From an uncultured Verrucomicrobiota bacterium (GTDB lineage Bacteria; Verrucomicrobiota; Verrucomicrobiia; Limisphaerales; UBA9464), in contig CAJAHH010000015.1 in the NCBI GenBank assembly GCA_903939515.1, forward strand, positions 7,058 to 71,057: a stretch of 64,000 nucleotides of DNA, read 5' to 3'. Below, one piece after another: positions 19,301 to 29,337 of the stretch. Under the pieces are notes generated by a model. It ran no database searches. It had not been told where the DNA came from and saw only the letters and a list, made by a program, of their open reading frames with translations. A program made the translations under genes and the position numbers. Each line of letters opens with the position of its first letter. Position 1 is the stretch's first letter.

Positions 19301-19485
19301 TCGGCCGGACTCCGCCACGGAGTGGACCGAATCATCTCATCGAAGGAGGCCTCCGAGGCCACCAACGACAGCGCCGATACGACGGTCCAACGACACAACC
19401 AGAGAACCCGCCGCATCGGCACGAGATTCAACGCCGCCTCCAAGACCGGTCGATGGGCAGGCTTTAGGAAAGCGGGTGGGTTCAT
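16372..19485 (-). CDS. PVC-type haem-binding CxxCH protein (sorbosone-dehydrogenase-like propeller, HEAT repeats, cytochrome c)
   Basis: GFEVQLVASEP, DTDGDGRAD, DPWFRPVDVQFGPDGALYIADFYN, HEAT-like repeats, CRPCH..GPQL and SLMP. The true start is likely 19485 or 19416; the ORF extension to 19929 is antisense to the prepilin gene. Confidence 0.9.
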   Translation of the reverse strand: MNPPAFLKPAHRPVLEAALNLVPMRRVLWLCRWTVVSALSLVASEASFDEMIRSTPWRSPAEALRAFVVPEGFEVQLVASEPEIGKPVSMSFDVSGRLWIAETRAYPIESATNKAPSDVIRILSEFGADGRARSNTVFADGLSMPDAVAPFRDGAVVFSIPNVLSLQDTDGDGRADRREVLYGPFGVTDTHNLANNFRRGFDGWFYGGQGVGNQTRVKGTDGHLLELRGSTFRFRGDGSRIEKVGDGQANVFGLCFDPLGNLFTSDCHSMPIYQVIHGGFYPVFGKPHDGLGYAPQMLWHNHGSTAIAGLNYCDEPLWPAEFQGNFLLGNVVTSRVNRDRIEDRGSTRIAHEMPDLVSTSDPWFRPVDVQFGPDGALYIADFYNRIIAHVEVPLSHPGRDRSSGRIWRVVRKATDGRPILRRHTDFRNLAPAEQVQRLADPSFAHRLAVLNHFCDRKELEASIAGLLRTALMSRAAPVSLRVGALWILERRNLLLPTELAAAAKDSEALLRLHAVRVLVERRRWPDPDLGLVRAALRDPSAPVVRAAADALARHPSFDNLAPLLALRGVAPEADTHLVYQVRKALRDQLLDETVFRRFRQSSLGDTVAQAAVADVCLAIPSSESAGFLLEYLKHRRPSDPGFMEQLQHSARHGATADLEALVGGLRTSASLDRAGQRNLFLAMEQGMAQRGLALGPKLQRWGVDLVVGFLGDAQSTPDQSLFAIEWAGKLGIRDAAPALRRRAGKSEAVETSVSVRVASVRALFELADPEAELLAESLLREASVSRDQRAAIAQAVLRFRPKTGIPILLRVLREAPFASAIPIAAALGGSLEGSESLHQAVGDGRAPAALLAERSVQERLMAIRPNEKDRFLPKTTADPDSKRRLELVADRQAGFRKASPDVKAGARIFETHCRPCHSMGGQGGLVGPQLDGVGHRGLERLCEDVLDPNRNVDRIFRYSIVTLQNGDLVSGLFRREEGEQRIYVNASGQEQRIPRKEIREVRESETSLMPDNFAEAVPPAEFNHLLGFLLSQQTQRP

Positions 19486-19636
19486 GGACTGCCGTGAGCA
19501 AACCCCGGAAAGCACAGCCTTGCAAACCCGGCGGACTGCGTTCGAAGCCCTTCCGGGCGTTACAACTTCTGCGCAATAGAGTGCCGGATAACCGGTTGGT
19601 GTTGAATCGATCAAGAACCTTGATAGCGTAGCCCTC

Positions 19637-20500
19637 ATGATCCCAAGAACCCTCTCTAGGCCCCCCCGTATTCGCGGATCTGGATTCCTGGAGCGGGCGG
19701 CCGCCTTCACATTGATCGAACTCCTGGTGGTGATCGCCATCATTGCCATTCTCGCCGGGATGCTCTTGCCGGCCCTAGCCAAATCGAAGACACGGGCCCA
19801 ATCCATCCAATGCCTGAGCAACCAGAAGCAACTCACCTTGGCGTGGCAAATGTACACCGACGACCATTCCGACAACCTCGTCTGGAATGATCTCACGCCC
19901 GATGGGTCCGGTTGGGTTCGCGGCATCATGGATTATTCTGCGGGCAACACCCACAACACGAACCTCGCCAACCTCATCAACCCCAATTACGCCAAGCTGG
20001 CTCCCTACACGCAGTCTCCGGGCATCTACCGCTGCCCGGGCGATCGCAGCATGGTGACCATCGGTGGCCGGCGAATGCCTCGGGTACGCAGTTTATCGAT
20101 GAGTCAGGCGATGAATTCCCGCGATGACTGGCTCAGCTACATAACCAAGGCCAAGTACGTGGTGTTCCGCAAGGGAAGCGACCTCAACCGCATGGGGGCG
20201 TCGCAGGCTTATGTGTTTATCGATGAGCACCCGGACAGCGTGAACTACGGGGATTTTGCCGTCTCGATGAACGACGGCGCAGCCCCCGGTTCCATCTACA
20301 TCATCGATTACCCGGCCAGCAATCATGGCTCGTCAGGAGCCCTCAGTTTCGCCGACGGGCACGCTGAGATCCACAAGTGGATAGACCCGCGCACCGTGAA
20401 ACCCATGCTCCTCAAGCCCATGACCCTGGTGGTGCAGTCGCCGGGAAATGCCGATATGCGTTACATGTCAGACCACGCCTCGGTCCGGCTGACCAATTGA
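19637..20500 (+). CDS. Prepilin-type N-terminal cleavage/methylation protein with H-X9-DG motif
   Basis: [31 protein letters not shown] and H.......FADGH. Confidence 0.92.
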   Translation: MIPRTLSRPPRIRGSGFLERAAAFTLIELLVVIAIIAILAGMLLPALAKSKTRAQSIQCLSNQKQLTLAWQMYTDDHSDNLVWNDLTPDGSGWVRGIMDYSAGNTHNTNLANLINPNYAKLAPYTQSPGIYRCPGDRSMVTIGGRRMPRVRSLSMSQAMNSRDDWLSYITKAKYVVFRKGSDLNRMGASQAYVFIDEHPDSVNYGDFAVSMNDGAAPGSIYIIDYPASNHGSSGALSFADGHAEIHKWIDPRTVKPMLLKPMTLVVQSPGNADMRYMSDHASVRLTN

Positions 20501-20518
20501 TCCACAGGCAGTCCATCC

Positions 20519-20554
20519 TGTCCGGCCACCTCTGCATGTCCGGCCACCTCTGCA
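20519..20554. repeat. Perfect 18-bp tandem duplication
   Basis: tgtccggccacctctgca twice, intergenic. Confidence 0.9.
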
Positions 20555-20591
20555 CTTGCCACGCAGCGAGGGATTCGGCCGTACTAGATCG

Positions 20592-22328
20592 ATGAAACCC
20601 TTCCTCAACGGTCGCCGTGTTTGGGTCCTCCTTGTGTGGGTGTTGACGGTGTCCAGCGTTCAAGGCGATCTCCCCGCGACGCGTGAAGAGTTTCTGCGCA
20701 TCGACCGGGTTTGGGATCTGGAACTGAATCTGACGCCCGAGGCCTGGGAGGCCATGGAACCCCGCCCGGGAACGATGAACCCAGAAGGCTTCCGACCCGG
20801 CCGAGATCAGGGAGGACCAGGGCCTGAAAACCGAGATCCCGGACCCAACCGGCCGCACATCCCCGGTTCGGATCGCGAGGGCCCGCCTCCCCAAGGTCGT
20901 CCTGGCCCCTTCCAACAGGGACCCGGAGGCATGCCTCCTCCTGGAGTGTTCGAGTTTCCCTGGGTCCTCGGCAAGGTGACGGTGGGCGGGGTCGTATTTA
21001 CCAACGTCGGGGTGCGCTTTAAGGGCAACAGCTCGTTCAACGGATCCCGCGGCTCGCTCAAGCGTCCCTTCAAGCTGGATTTCGACCGCCACGTGCCCGG
21101 CAGGACTCTCGCGGGCCTCGAGGAACTCTTTCTCAATAACAACGCCAATGACCCCTCCCAACTGCGAGAATCGCTGGCCTATTCGGCCTTCGCCAAAGCT
21201 GGGGTCCCCGCTCCGCGAACCACGGGGCTGCGGGTCTGGCTACGACGCGGTGAGACACAACCCCGCCAGTACCTCGGACTTTACACGGGCGCCGAACCGG
21301 TCGAGGGGGATTTCCTCAAGCGGCATTTTGGTTCCAAACGCGGGCTCCTGACCAAGCCCGAGCACGTCCGTGGTCTGGAATACTTGGGCGACCGATGGTC
21401 GGCTTATGTCGCACGCTATGAAACTCGATCAACCGTCCGAACGGCCGATGCGCGCCGGTTCATGCACCTGCTCCGGGACTTGAATGAGTCCACCGACCCG
21501 ACCTTCATCGAAACCATAAAACGCGAGGTGGACCTCGACGGTTTACTGCGCTTCGTGGCGGTGAATGCCTGGCTGGCCAACTACGATTCCTTCCTCGGCA
21601 ACGGCCATAACTACTATTTGTTTATGCCTTCCGAAGGTCCGTTGCACTTCATCGCCTGGGATTTGAATGAAGCCTTCGGACGCCATCCGATGGCGGGATC
21701 GGCCCACGAGCAGGCCACCTTCTCTATCCTGCACCCTGCGGTGGCCCCAAATGCGTTCCTCGAACGGTTCCTGAATCAACCCGAATGGCGCGACCGGTAT
21801 CAAACCTTGGTCCGGTCGCTGGGCGAGGGCTCCGGAGCTTGCTCGACCCAAAGCCTGTTGGCCGATTTGGCCATCCTACGGAAGGCGCGCTCGGAGGCGT
21901 TGGTTGACGAACCTCGCGGAGGCTTTAGCGGAAGGCAGGGCGGAGGCCCCGGGCGCGAGGAGTTTCCTCCGGGCAATCGTCCCCGGCGACCCGATGAACA
22001 GCACCTGGAATCGGGCCCGCCCCGTGAGGCCGCAGTTCGCCCGAACTCACAGCCAGGGGAATCCCCGGAACGTCGTCCGGGACCGAGGTTCGACAACACC
22101 CCGCTGGAGGACTGGATTCTGGATCGGCATCGACAGGTGCAAACCGAACTCGATGGCCATCGACGAGCACCAGCGCCTCGGATCCGTCTAGGCGGACCCG
22201 GACCCCGACCGACCGGACGCTTCAACCCGCCCGCCACTGGAGGTCCCGATCCAATTCCCTGGCCCCGGCCGGATGGATCCCCAAGTACGGGTCCGCGGGG
22301 CAACGATGGCGATCCTCGAAAACCCTGA
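20592..22328 (+). CDS. CotH kinase family protein with Pro/Gly-rich inserts
   Basis: VGVRFKGNSS, KRPFKLDF, LRESLAY, YLGLYT.AE.V, NYDSF...HNYYL and IAWDLNEAFG. Confidence 0.9.
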   Translation: MKPFLNGRRVWVLLVWVLTVSSVQGDLPATREEFLRIDRVWDLELNLTPEAWEAMEPRPGTMNPEGFRPGRDQGGPGPENRDPGPNRPHIPGSDREGPPPQGRPGPFQQGPGGMPPPGVFEFPWVLGKVTVGGVVFTNVGVRFKGNSSFNGSRGSLKRPFKLDFDRHVPGRTLAGLEELFLNNNANDPSQLRESLAYSAFAKAGVPAPRTTGLRVWLRRGETQPRQYLGLYTGAEPVEGDFLKRHFGSKRGLLTKPEHVRGLEYLGDRWSAYVARYETRSTVRTADARRFMHLLRDLNESTDPTFIETIKREVDLDGLLRFVAVNAWLANYDSFLGNGHNYYLFMPSEGPLHFIAWDLNEAFGRHPMAGSAHEQATFSILHPAVAPNAFLERFLNQPEWRDRYQTLVRSLGEGSGACSTQSLLADLAILRKARSEALVDEPRGGFSGRQGGGPGREEFPPGNRPRRPDEQHLESGPPREAAVRPNSQPGESPERRPGPRFDNTPLEDWILDRHRQVQTELDGHRRAPAPRIRLGGPGPRPTGRFNPPATGGPDPIPWPRPDGSPSTGPRGNDGDPRKP

Positions 22329-22338
22329 TCCGATTTTT

Positions 22339-23166
22339 TTAGCGAGGCACCTTCAGCGACGCGGCCTGGAAACGCTTCAGGTCTGGGTCATTGGCCCTCA
22401 CGGTCTGGCTCTGGATGTAGGGCGGCATACGACCGATGCGAATCGTGTCGGGTGAGACGAACCGCCACGACTCGGCATGGCCATCGGCGAAGCTCAGCGT
22501 GGCGGCACCCGCATGGCGAACCGACGGAAAATCGACCCAGAACCACTCTCCGGGCTGCGTCACGACAAAGCGCGCGTTCTCGATGCTGTTCTCGTGTTCA
22601 TCCAAGAAGACGAAGGCCTCGGACGGGGTGGGCAGTACGATTTGCGAGAGCTTATGCCAGCAACTGCGGTCCTGCGGGTCCGGCAGGTCATTCATTGAGG
22701 CGCTCATAGAAACACTGCGCGATCGAGGGATCTTCCGGGCATCCCTCACTGTGGATCGATCGGCCGGGCAGTGGTAAATCCCCGACGCTTGGTTGTAAGG
22801 AAAGAGCAACCCCCTGCGGATGTTGAAGTCGTTGGTGTCGGTGAAGGCGTTGCCCACGACCCAAGTCCGCGCGGTGGCATTGGCTCCTTCACGACCTCCC
22901 GTCAGCACGGTTTCGTTCGGCGGCAACTCCTCCTTGAAGTCATCAATGTACAACAACCAAGCCAGGTTGAGCTGGCGGTAGTTGCTCAGGCACTGGGTCC
23001 GCAGGGCCTTGTTTTTGGCCTTACCCAGAGCAGGCAATAGCATCCCGGCCAGAATCGCGATGATGGCGATGACCACCAGCAACTCGATCAGAGTAAAGGC
23101 CCTCAGACGCTGCGAACCCTTCTTCCGGGCACGACACACGCAGTTTTGCGACACGGATACATTCAT
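22339..23166 (-). CDS. Prepilin-type N-terminal cleavage/methylation protein with H-X9-DG motif
   Basis: [25 protein letters not shown] and [16 protein letters not shown]; likely start ATG 23166. Confidence 0.92.
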   Translation of the reverse strand: MNVSVSQNCVCRARKKGSQRLRAFTLIELLVVIAIIAILAGMLLPALGKAKNKALRTQCLSNYRQLNLAWLLYIDDFKEELPPNETVLTGGREGANATARTWVVGNAFTDTNDFNIRRGLLFPYNQASGIYHCPADRSTVRDARKIPRSRSVSMSASMNDLPDPQDRSCWHKLSQIVLPTPSEAFVFLDEHENSIENARFVVTQPGEWFWVDFPSVRHAGAATLSFADGHAESWRFVSPDTIRIGRMPPYIQSQTVRANDPDLKRFQAASLKVPR

Positions 23167-23398
23167 GAATTCCTGAGACTGCTCGGCGATGTTTCGTCCC
23201 AATGGACCGTCATCTACTGCCCTGTGTAGCTGGACCCTAGAGGAGTGGAAACCACGATTCTTTAGAACTCGATGGATAAACCCGATACCGCCTGATTTTG
23301 CGATTCGCCATTGCCGAGGTCCCCCATTCCGCTCTGATCCTTCGCACTCCCACGCTCTGTCCGATGACCCTACCGAGTTTGCCAACCCCTTGCCGCCC

Positions 23399-24670
23399 AT
23401 GATGGATTCCCGTCCCCCTGCTCTCCCGCGCTGGGCTTGGCTCACCGTGTGCCTGCTCGCGCCCATTGCCCTGCTCAATTATCTCGACCGCCAAATGCTC
23501 GCGGCGATGAAAAGCTCGGTGATGACCGACATTCCCGACATCGGTTCGGAGGCCAACTGGGGGCGGATGCTGGGGCAGTTCAAGTGGGTGTATGCCTTCC
23601 TGAGCCCTGTAGGCGGTTGGATTGCCGATCGGTTCGGCCGACGGATCACCATCTGCGGTAGCCTCTTTGCCTGGTCGGCGGTCACCTGGTGGACCGGGCA
23701 TGTCCACTCGTATGGAGAACTCCTCACCGCACGATCCCTCATGGGTATTAGCGAGGCCTTCTATATTCCCGCAGCCCTGGCTCTTATCGCCGATTACCAC
23801 ACCGGGGAAACCCGCTCACGGGCCATTAGCTTCCACCAAATGGGGATTTACTGCGGGGTGATCCTTGGAGGTTTCACCGGCTATGCAGCCGAGATGCCCG
23901 GCCTGGGTTGGCGGGGGGCCTTCGGGTGGAGCGGCGCAGTGGGCATGGCCTTGGCAGTACCGATGTTATTCTTCCTCAAAGATCGGCCACGTCACGAAGC
24001 AGCGCGATCGGACTCCGCCTCCGGCCTGGGGAGCGTCCGTGCCTTGCTCACCAACCGTTCCTTCCTGCTGCTGGTGCTGTATTTTACGCTACCGGCACTG
24101 GCCGGTTGGGTAGTGCGCGACTGGATGCCGGCCATCCTCAAATCGGAATTCAAGATCGGCCAAGGCAAAGCCGGCGTCTCGGCAACCCTCTACTGGCAAT
24201 CCGCCGCCATCGTGGGGGCCTTCGTGGGTGGGTGGTTGGCCGACCGCCGGATGCGAAAAACTCCGCGGGGGCGAATCCACGTCAGTGCTCTGGGCATGCT
24301 CATGATCATCCCAGCCCTATTCGGGGTAGGATTTGCGCCCCAGACCGGCCAACTCTGGGTGGCGGTGGCTTTTCTAATCCTCTTTGGTCTTGGATGGGGA
24401 TTTTTTGACACCAACAACATGCCCATCCTCTGCCAGGTGACTCTCCCGGAGCAGCGGGCCACCGGCTACGGGCTCATGAATTTGGTGAGCATCGGTTGCG
24501 GTGGACTGGCGGATTGGGTTTTTGGAATGATGCGCGATCGGCACCTGCCGCTGGCGGCCATCTTCAGCGTGTTCGCGTCTGTGGCATTAGTTTCGGTGTT
24601 TCTGGTCCTGATGATTCGACCCACGGAAGTGCAGCCACCCTCGAACACCTCGACTCCCAGACAGCCATGA
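23399..24670 (+). CDS. MFS transporter (Spinster/ACS-like)
   Basis: [18 protein letters not shown] (motif A), about 12 hydrophobic segments and GGWLADR. Confidence 0.92.
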   Translation: MMDSRPPALPRWAWLTVCLLAPIALLNYLDRQMLAAMKSSVMTDIPDIGSEANWGRMLGQFKWVYAFLSPVGGWIADRFGRRITICGSLFAWSAVTWWTGHVHSYGELLTARSLMGISEAFYIPAALALIADYHTGETRSRAISFHQMGIYCGVILGGFTGYAAEMPGLGWRGAFGWSGAVGMALAVPMLFFLKDRPRHEAARSDSASGLGSVRALLTNRSFLLLVLYFTLPALAGWVVRDWMPAILKSEFKIGQGKAGVSATLYWQSAAIVGAFVGGWLADRRMRKTPRGRIHVSALGMLMIIPALFGVGFAPQTGQLWVAVAFLILFGLGWGFFDTNNMPILCQVTLPEQRATGYGLMNLVSIGCGGLADWVFGMMRDRHLPLAAIFSVFASVALVSVFLVLMIRPTEVQPPSNTSTPRQP

Positions 24671-24714
24671 CGACAGCCCCGCATTGACGGAGGGTCCACG
24701 CCTGCCTGAGCGTC

Positions 24715-26016
24715 TTGCGCATGCTCCCCACCGTTGGAACACGCCGGACTGGTTGTATCGCCACGGCGTGGATGACGTGCGCCCTCGTGTCGGCCTTGGC
24801 CGGCGACTGGCCCCAGTGGCGCGGGCCCACCCGAACGGGCCGACCGGCCGCCAACGAAGCGGTGTTGACCCAACTCCCTTCGGCTCCCCACGTGGTGTGG
24901 TCCATCGCCGCGGGTCCGGGATATGCATCGCCCATCGTGGCCGGCGGTCGGGTCTTTGCCATGGAAGCTCAAGACGGCAAGGAGGTCTTGAGAGCCTTGG
25001 ACGCCGCCTCGGGTGCCGAACGATGGAAAGCCGTTGTCGACGAAACCTTCACCGATTCCCAGGGACCGGCGGCGCCCCGCTGCACACCCGTGGTTTTCGA
25101 GGACCGAGTTTATGCTCAATCCTGCCGGGGCAAGTTGACCTGCTTTGCTGTAGTTGATGGCAAAACGCTGTGGTCGGTCGACTACACCAAGGATTTCGCC
25201 GCGACCTTCGTGGGTGAGAAAGGCAACTCCCAGGGGGCCATGCGCCATGGCAACAACGGGTCTCCTTGGGTGGAGTCCGGGTGGTTGTGGGCTTCGGCCG
25301 GATCCACCAATGGCGCTGGCATGGTGGCGCTGAATCCGCAGACCGGAACGCTCCGATGGAAGGACGGCCATGAGGTCGCCGGATATGCGGCTCCGATGGT
25401 GGGAACCCTTCTGGGAGTGCGTCAGGTGGTCAACTTCATGGCCGACGCCGCCGTCGGGTTTGATGCGCAGAGCGGCCAGGTGCTGTGGCGACACCCGCTC
25501 AAGACCGCCTTCGCCCGACACGTGATGACCCCGCTCATCGTCAACGACCGGGTGATTCTCGGGTCCCATCAAACGGGCCTCATAAGTCTTCAGTTCGCTC
25601 GCAACGGTGAGCACTGGTCGGTCTCCGAGGTCTGGAACTCCAAGGAAGCCGCCCCCAACTTCTCCTGCCCGATTGTCGTCGGAGACCGCATCGTGGGGCT
25701 TGGAGCGCAGCGCGAGTTAGTGTGCATTGGCATCAATGACGGGAAGGTCCGTTGGACCCAGTCGGGCTGGATCACCAGTGCAGCCGACAAATCCCACGCC
25801 GGATTCATCGCCCTCGGCGGCACGTCGGCGCTCCTGCTCAACGATAGCGGCGAACTCATCGTCTTCGACGCCGGAGGCGCCTCATGCCGCGAGCTCGGTC
25901 GGGCTCAGGTCTGCGGAGTGAACTGGTGCAATCCTGCGTTATCCAACGGCCGCCTGTACCTCCGCGATGGCCTGCGCAATGCCGGACATTGGATGTGCGT
26001 CGACCTCACCCGGTAG
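24715..26016 (+). CDS. PQQ-binding-like beta-propeller repeat protein
   Basis: AGDWPQWRGPTRTG, GYASPIVAGGRV, repeated G..LW blades and PALSNGRLYLR. Confidence 0.88.
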   Translation: MRMLPTVGTRRTGCIATAWMTCALVSALAGDWPQWRGPTRTGRPAANEAVLTQLPSAPHVVWSIAAGPGYASPIVAGGRVFAMEAQDGKEVLRALDAASGAERWKAVVDETFTDSQGPAAPRCTPVVFEDRVYAQSCRGKLTCFAVVDGKTLWSVDYTKDFAATFVGEKGNSQGAMRHGNNGSPWVESGWLWASAGSTNGAGMVALNPQTGTLRWKDGHEVAGYAAPMVGTLLGVRQVVNFMADAAVGFDAQSGQVLWRHPLKTAFARHVMTPLIVNDRVILGSHQTGLISLQFARNGEHWSVSEVWNSKEAAPNFSCPIVVGDRIVGLGAQRELVCIGINDGKVRWTQSGWITSAADKSHAGFIALGGTSALLLNDSGELIVFDAGGASCRELGRAQVCGVNWCNPALSNGRLYLRDGLRNAGHWMCVDLTR

Positions 26017-26202
26017 CCCGGTGACCAACGCTTCGCGGATTTTGAGGATTCAAAAGAACCCCCTTAAAAAACCGAGATTAGCAGGTTGAGTCCCACTCCC
26101 CATCGAGCCATCGAAGGTGGGTACAGCGGTCTTGCGAGTGCAGTGAGTTGGGCTAGTCTCGAAGCAATTTCCCGGTTCGCTGCATCCGGGCCGTCATGCG
26201 AA

Positions 26203-26239
26203 ATGGATGCATCCATTTCCAGGTTTTCAGCGGATAGAA
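26203..26239 (+). repeat. Palindrome-containing element, copy 1 (copy 2 at 28739-28777)
   Basis: ATGGATGCATCCAT is a perfect 14-bp palindrome, followed by ...GTTTTCAGCGGA. Confidence 0.75.
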
Positions 26240-26257
26240 GAACACCAGTCTGTTTGT

Positions 26258-28717
26258 ATGAACACTTTTTACCCTCTCCATTGGAAATTCCTCAGCCTGC
26301 TGTGCCTCCTCTTCGGTGCACTGACCACGGCCGGACTGCAGGCGCAGACTCCCCAGGATCCGGGGCGCTCTGTTCAGGTGTTTCTCACCGCACCGGCGGT
26401 CGCCACGCAGCCCTCCGGGTCCCTGAAACTCGAGGCCGTCGCCATCGATCCCCTCGGTGGACCGATTACCCAAGTGGAGTTCCTGGCCGATGGTCAGGTG
26501 ATCGCTCGGTCGGACCGCAGCGGCGAGTTATTCATCACCGTCATCGGACTCAAGGTGCTGCATCAGGCCGTCTGGGAATCACCCACCCCGGGCCTCCACG
26601 TGCTGGAGGCTCGCGCCGTGCAAAGCCAGAAAACCTTGGCCACGTCAGCACCGATGCGCGTCATCATCGGGACCGGGACCCTTCCCCCTCCAGTAGATCC
26701 CCCCGTCATTCCGATTATCCCGCCCAATCTCCCGTCCGTAGATTTGAACGCCCTCGATCCGATGGCCATGGAATCCGATCCCAAGGATTTGATGACCTTG
26801 GAATTCCGCCGGACCGGCGACGTGTCGAAACCCCTTCGGGTGTATTTCAAAATTGGGGGATCTGCCGACTGGAACACAGACTTCACAGTCATCCCAGGAG
26901 GGTTGAAATCGGAACCGGTGAGCGATCCCAACCTCGGCCTGTGGGTGCAATCGGTCGTCATTCCTGCCGGGTCGGCTGTTGGTAAGCTGCCGCTTTCTCC
27001 AATCCCTGATGACAAAGTCGAGGGCGACGAAGTCTTGTATCTAGCAGTGATCCCGCGACCCGCGACCGTGAACGACGGGCCGGAAGCTTCCGACTATCAA
27101 CCCGGCACCAACCCCGCCGCCCGAGTCCTCATTCGGGACTCGATCCTACCCACGCCATCTGATGCGCCGATGATCCTCATCCTCGCCGATCAACCCGTCA
27201 CCTCAGAACCCAACCCGCGAATCCGAGTCCGTCCCGGACGTATTGTTTTTCAGCGGACAGGCAACCCTGCCGAACCCGTCCGCATCCGCTACGCCGTCGG
27301 GGGCAGTGCGCGCAATGGTGAGGACTTTTCTCTGCTCGACGGAGACCTCACCTTGGGAGCCGGAGAAACTGAAGCCGAAGTCATCATTGGCGCTCTCGAA
27401 GACGACCTCAAAGAGCCGGAGGAAACCGTGGTCATCAAACTCATGGATGATCCGTCTTACCGGCTTGATCCGTCCAGTGCTTGGGCACAGGTCACCATTT
27501 TCGATTCCACCGAAACCACCACGCCGCTCCTAAATATGGTCACTCCCACCCGCGGCGAGCGACTGCGGATCGGTAGCGAATGCTCCCTGAAACTCGTGGC
27601 GGTAGACCCGAACGGATTCCTTCCGGTGGTGTCCTTTTGGGCCAATGACAAACCCATTGGCGAGTCCCGGATCCAGTTTATCCGTGCCCCCGATGCGGGA
27701 ACACCCATCGAGCACAACCTGATTTGGAAGATCGACTCGGAAGGCCCGATCCGACTGGAGGCCGTCGCTGTGGACGCATCGGGGAACCGGGTGGTTTCGG
27801 CATCGGTTTTAATCCTGGGTCTGCCAGCGACCGATCCCATCGAACGCAGCGTGCTCCCGGCCGACAACGCACCGGCCGACGGTGTCCTTTCTGACATGGA
27901 ATGGCAGATCTACGCCAAGTACTGGCGCTACGGAATCCCACTGCCACCGCAGGCAACTCCTGTTCCTGTCGGACACCTCTCCAGAGCTGGATTTCTCTGG
28001 CGATCCGGTGGTGCCTATCGATACGACGCCTCCGTCGGCTCGTTCCCCATGGGGTGGGTCCCACTCGAAGGCTCTGTCGGCAATGCCGGTCCGCTCCCGC
28101 CTCTGTCCGGGTTGGTCGGCATTCTAGGCACCAACGGGACCCCGGATCGATCACCCACTTCCTACCTCCTGGGTGAATGGGCTCCCGAATCGGCTGATTC
28201 CGTGACTTTGAAGATTTATTTGGGGCCAGCAGCCAACACTCGTTGCCAGGCAGTCGAGATTTTTGTGGGGCGCAATTCCGTGGTCACAGCCATTTCAGAT
28301 GACGGACAATTTGATCCGAAGAGCGGAATCCTTCGATGGGGACCCTTCTTAGATGACACCCTCCGTGGATTGAAGGCCACCGTCTCAAGGGCCAACGCCT
28401 TAGAGTTCTCCGGTTTGGGTTCTTTCGATGGGACTGATCTGAAGATGCTGACCCTCGGTTCAAAATCCAACGCCGAAGGGCCGGCGGCTTCCACCCCTCG
28501 ACTCACTGCAATTCCCGCGTCGGCCCAGGGAGATGTCCGCTTGGTGCTCCTCGGCGCCGCCAACGGCAGTGCAATGGATCTGGAAGTCTCTGAAGATATG
28601 GTCCAATGGCGACGCATCGGAACGATGCTCGGTAATGGCGAATCGCAACTCCAAGTCGACACCGATGCGGGAGCTTCCACTCGGCGGTTTTACCGGGTCA
28701 TTCCTCGTCAGCGTTGA
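26258..28717 (+). CDS. Secreted Ig-like/Calx-beta domain protein
   Basis: Signal peptide; Ig-like A.DP.G.I..VEF.ADG repeats; Calx-beta-like RTG.....V.Y.VGGSA.NG.DF and DD..EGDE; C-terminal RFYRV. Confidence 0.82.
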   Translation: MNTFYPLHWKFLSLLCLLFGALTTAGLQAQTPQDPGRSVQVFLTAPAVATQPSGSLKLEAVAIDPLGGPITQVEFLADGQVIARSDRSGELFITVIGLKVLHQAVWESPTPGLHVLEARAVQSQKTLATSAPMRVIIGTGTLPPPVDPPVIPIIPPNLPSVDLNALDPMAMESDPKDLMTLEFRRTGDVSKPLRVYFKIGGSADWNTDFTVIPGGLKSEPVSDPNLGLWVQSVVIPAGSAVGKLPLSPIPDDKVEGDEVLYLAVIPRPATVNDGPEASDYQPGTNPAARVLIRDSILPTPSDAPMILILADQPVTSEPNPRIRVRPGRIVFQRTGNPAEPVRIRYAVGGSARNGEDFSLLDGDLTLGAGETEAEVIIGALEDDLKEPEETVVIKLMDDPSYRLDPSSAWAQVTIFDSTETTTPLLNMVTPTRGERLRIGSECSLKLVAVDPNGFLPVVSFWANDKPIGESRIQFIRAPDAGTPIEHNLIWKIDSEGPIRLEAVAVDASGNRVVSASVLILGLPATDPIERSVLPADNAPADGVLSDMEWQIYAKYWRYGIPLPPQATPVPVGHLSRAGFLWRSGGAYRYDASVGSFPMGWVPLEGSVGNAGPLPPLSGLVGILGTNGTPDRSPTSYLLGEWAPESADSVTLKIYLGPAANTRCQAVEIFVGRNSVVTAISDDGQFDPKSGILRWGPFLDDTLRGLKATVSRANALEFSGLGSFDGTDLKMLTLGSKSNAEGPAASTPRLTAIPASAQGDVRLVLLGAANGSAMDLEVSEDMVQWRRIGTMLGNGESQLQVDTDAGASTRRFYRVIPRQR

Positions 28718-28738
28718 GGGCCCTATCTTGCCTCCGTG

Positions 28739-28777
28739 ATGGATGCATCCAGTTCAGAGTTTTCAGCGGAAATAAAA
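28739..28777 (+). repeat. Palindrome-containing element, copy 2
   Basis: ATGGATGCATCCAgttcagaGTTTTCAGCGGAaataaaa, starting 22 bp after the stop codon of the Calx-beta gene. Confidence 0.75.
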
Positions 28778-28968
28778 CCGCTCTGCACCTCGGCTCCCCA
28801 TCATCTCGAGTTTTTGTGAATCAAAAACCCGTCGGGTTGAGAGGCTTGCTGGGCTAGTTACAGGTTCCTCGCTATCCTCAGTCGCTTTTAGACCGGCAGG
28901 TATCATTGGTTTTCATACCGTCACTGACAGTTGGTTTTTGCCCAACTGGAGGTCGTCCGAGAACTTCT

Positions 28969-29039
28969 GAGGTAGGGACCGATCTCTGCGGCAGCCCATG
29001 TCTGCGGACGTGGCGCTTTCGGAGAAATCGCCCTACCTC
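28969..29039. repeat. GTAG-type REP/REPIN-like inverted repeat
   Basis: GAGGTAGGGaccgatctctg...cggagaaatcgCCCTACCTC: perfect 9-bp terminal inverted repeat with an imperfect extension. Confidence 0.55.
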
Positions 29040-29337
29040 GGAGGCGCTTGGGTGAGGCGTCACCTCCGGTGTCACTGCTCCTCATCATCGTGTGGCCGTC
29101 AAGCCACCACCCTCTTTCCCGCTGCAAACAGCGATGAACCTGGTTTCAGCTCGTCGTTGCGATTCTAGGATTATTGGTCGCCATCCAAGCCCGAACCGGC
29201 GGCCAGCGCATCGACATCGACCGGGAGCCCCATAGCTCCCTCACCTCAGTGCGAATCCAGGGTAACGACGGCGTCTGGCGCAATCGGTGAACGCCACGAC
29301 TTGGTCCCAAGAGATCCGCCAATAACCCGCCCTCGCA

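Noticed and set aside
13334..19485. Magnetosome gene cluster (mamK next to a haem protein)
   Set aside because: No mamA/B/E/I/M/O/P/Q or feoB-like ORF is recognisable. The CxxCH protein is the common PVC propeller-HEAT-cytochrome type, not a magnetochrome.
19486..19929. N-terminal extension of the 1185-aa ORF, and similar extensions at 23167-23478, 58953-59288 and 4948-5118
   Set aside because: These are antisense to real genes or run through repeats. Recognisable domains and signal peptides begin at downstream ATGs.
24667..24714. ATGA-coupled start in frame with the PQQ-propeller gene but interrupted by TGA at 24685 (recoding or pseudogene?)
   Set aside because: Downstream starts give a complete signal peptide and domain, so readthrough is not needed.
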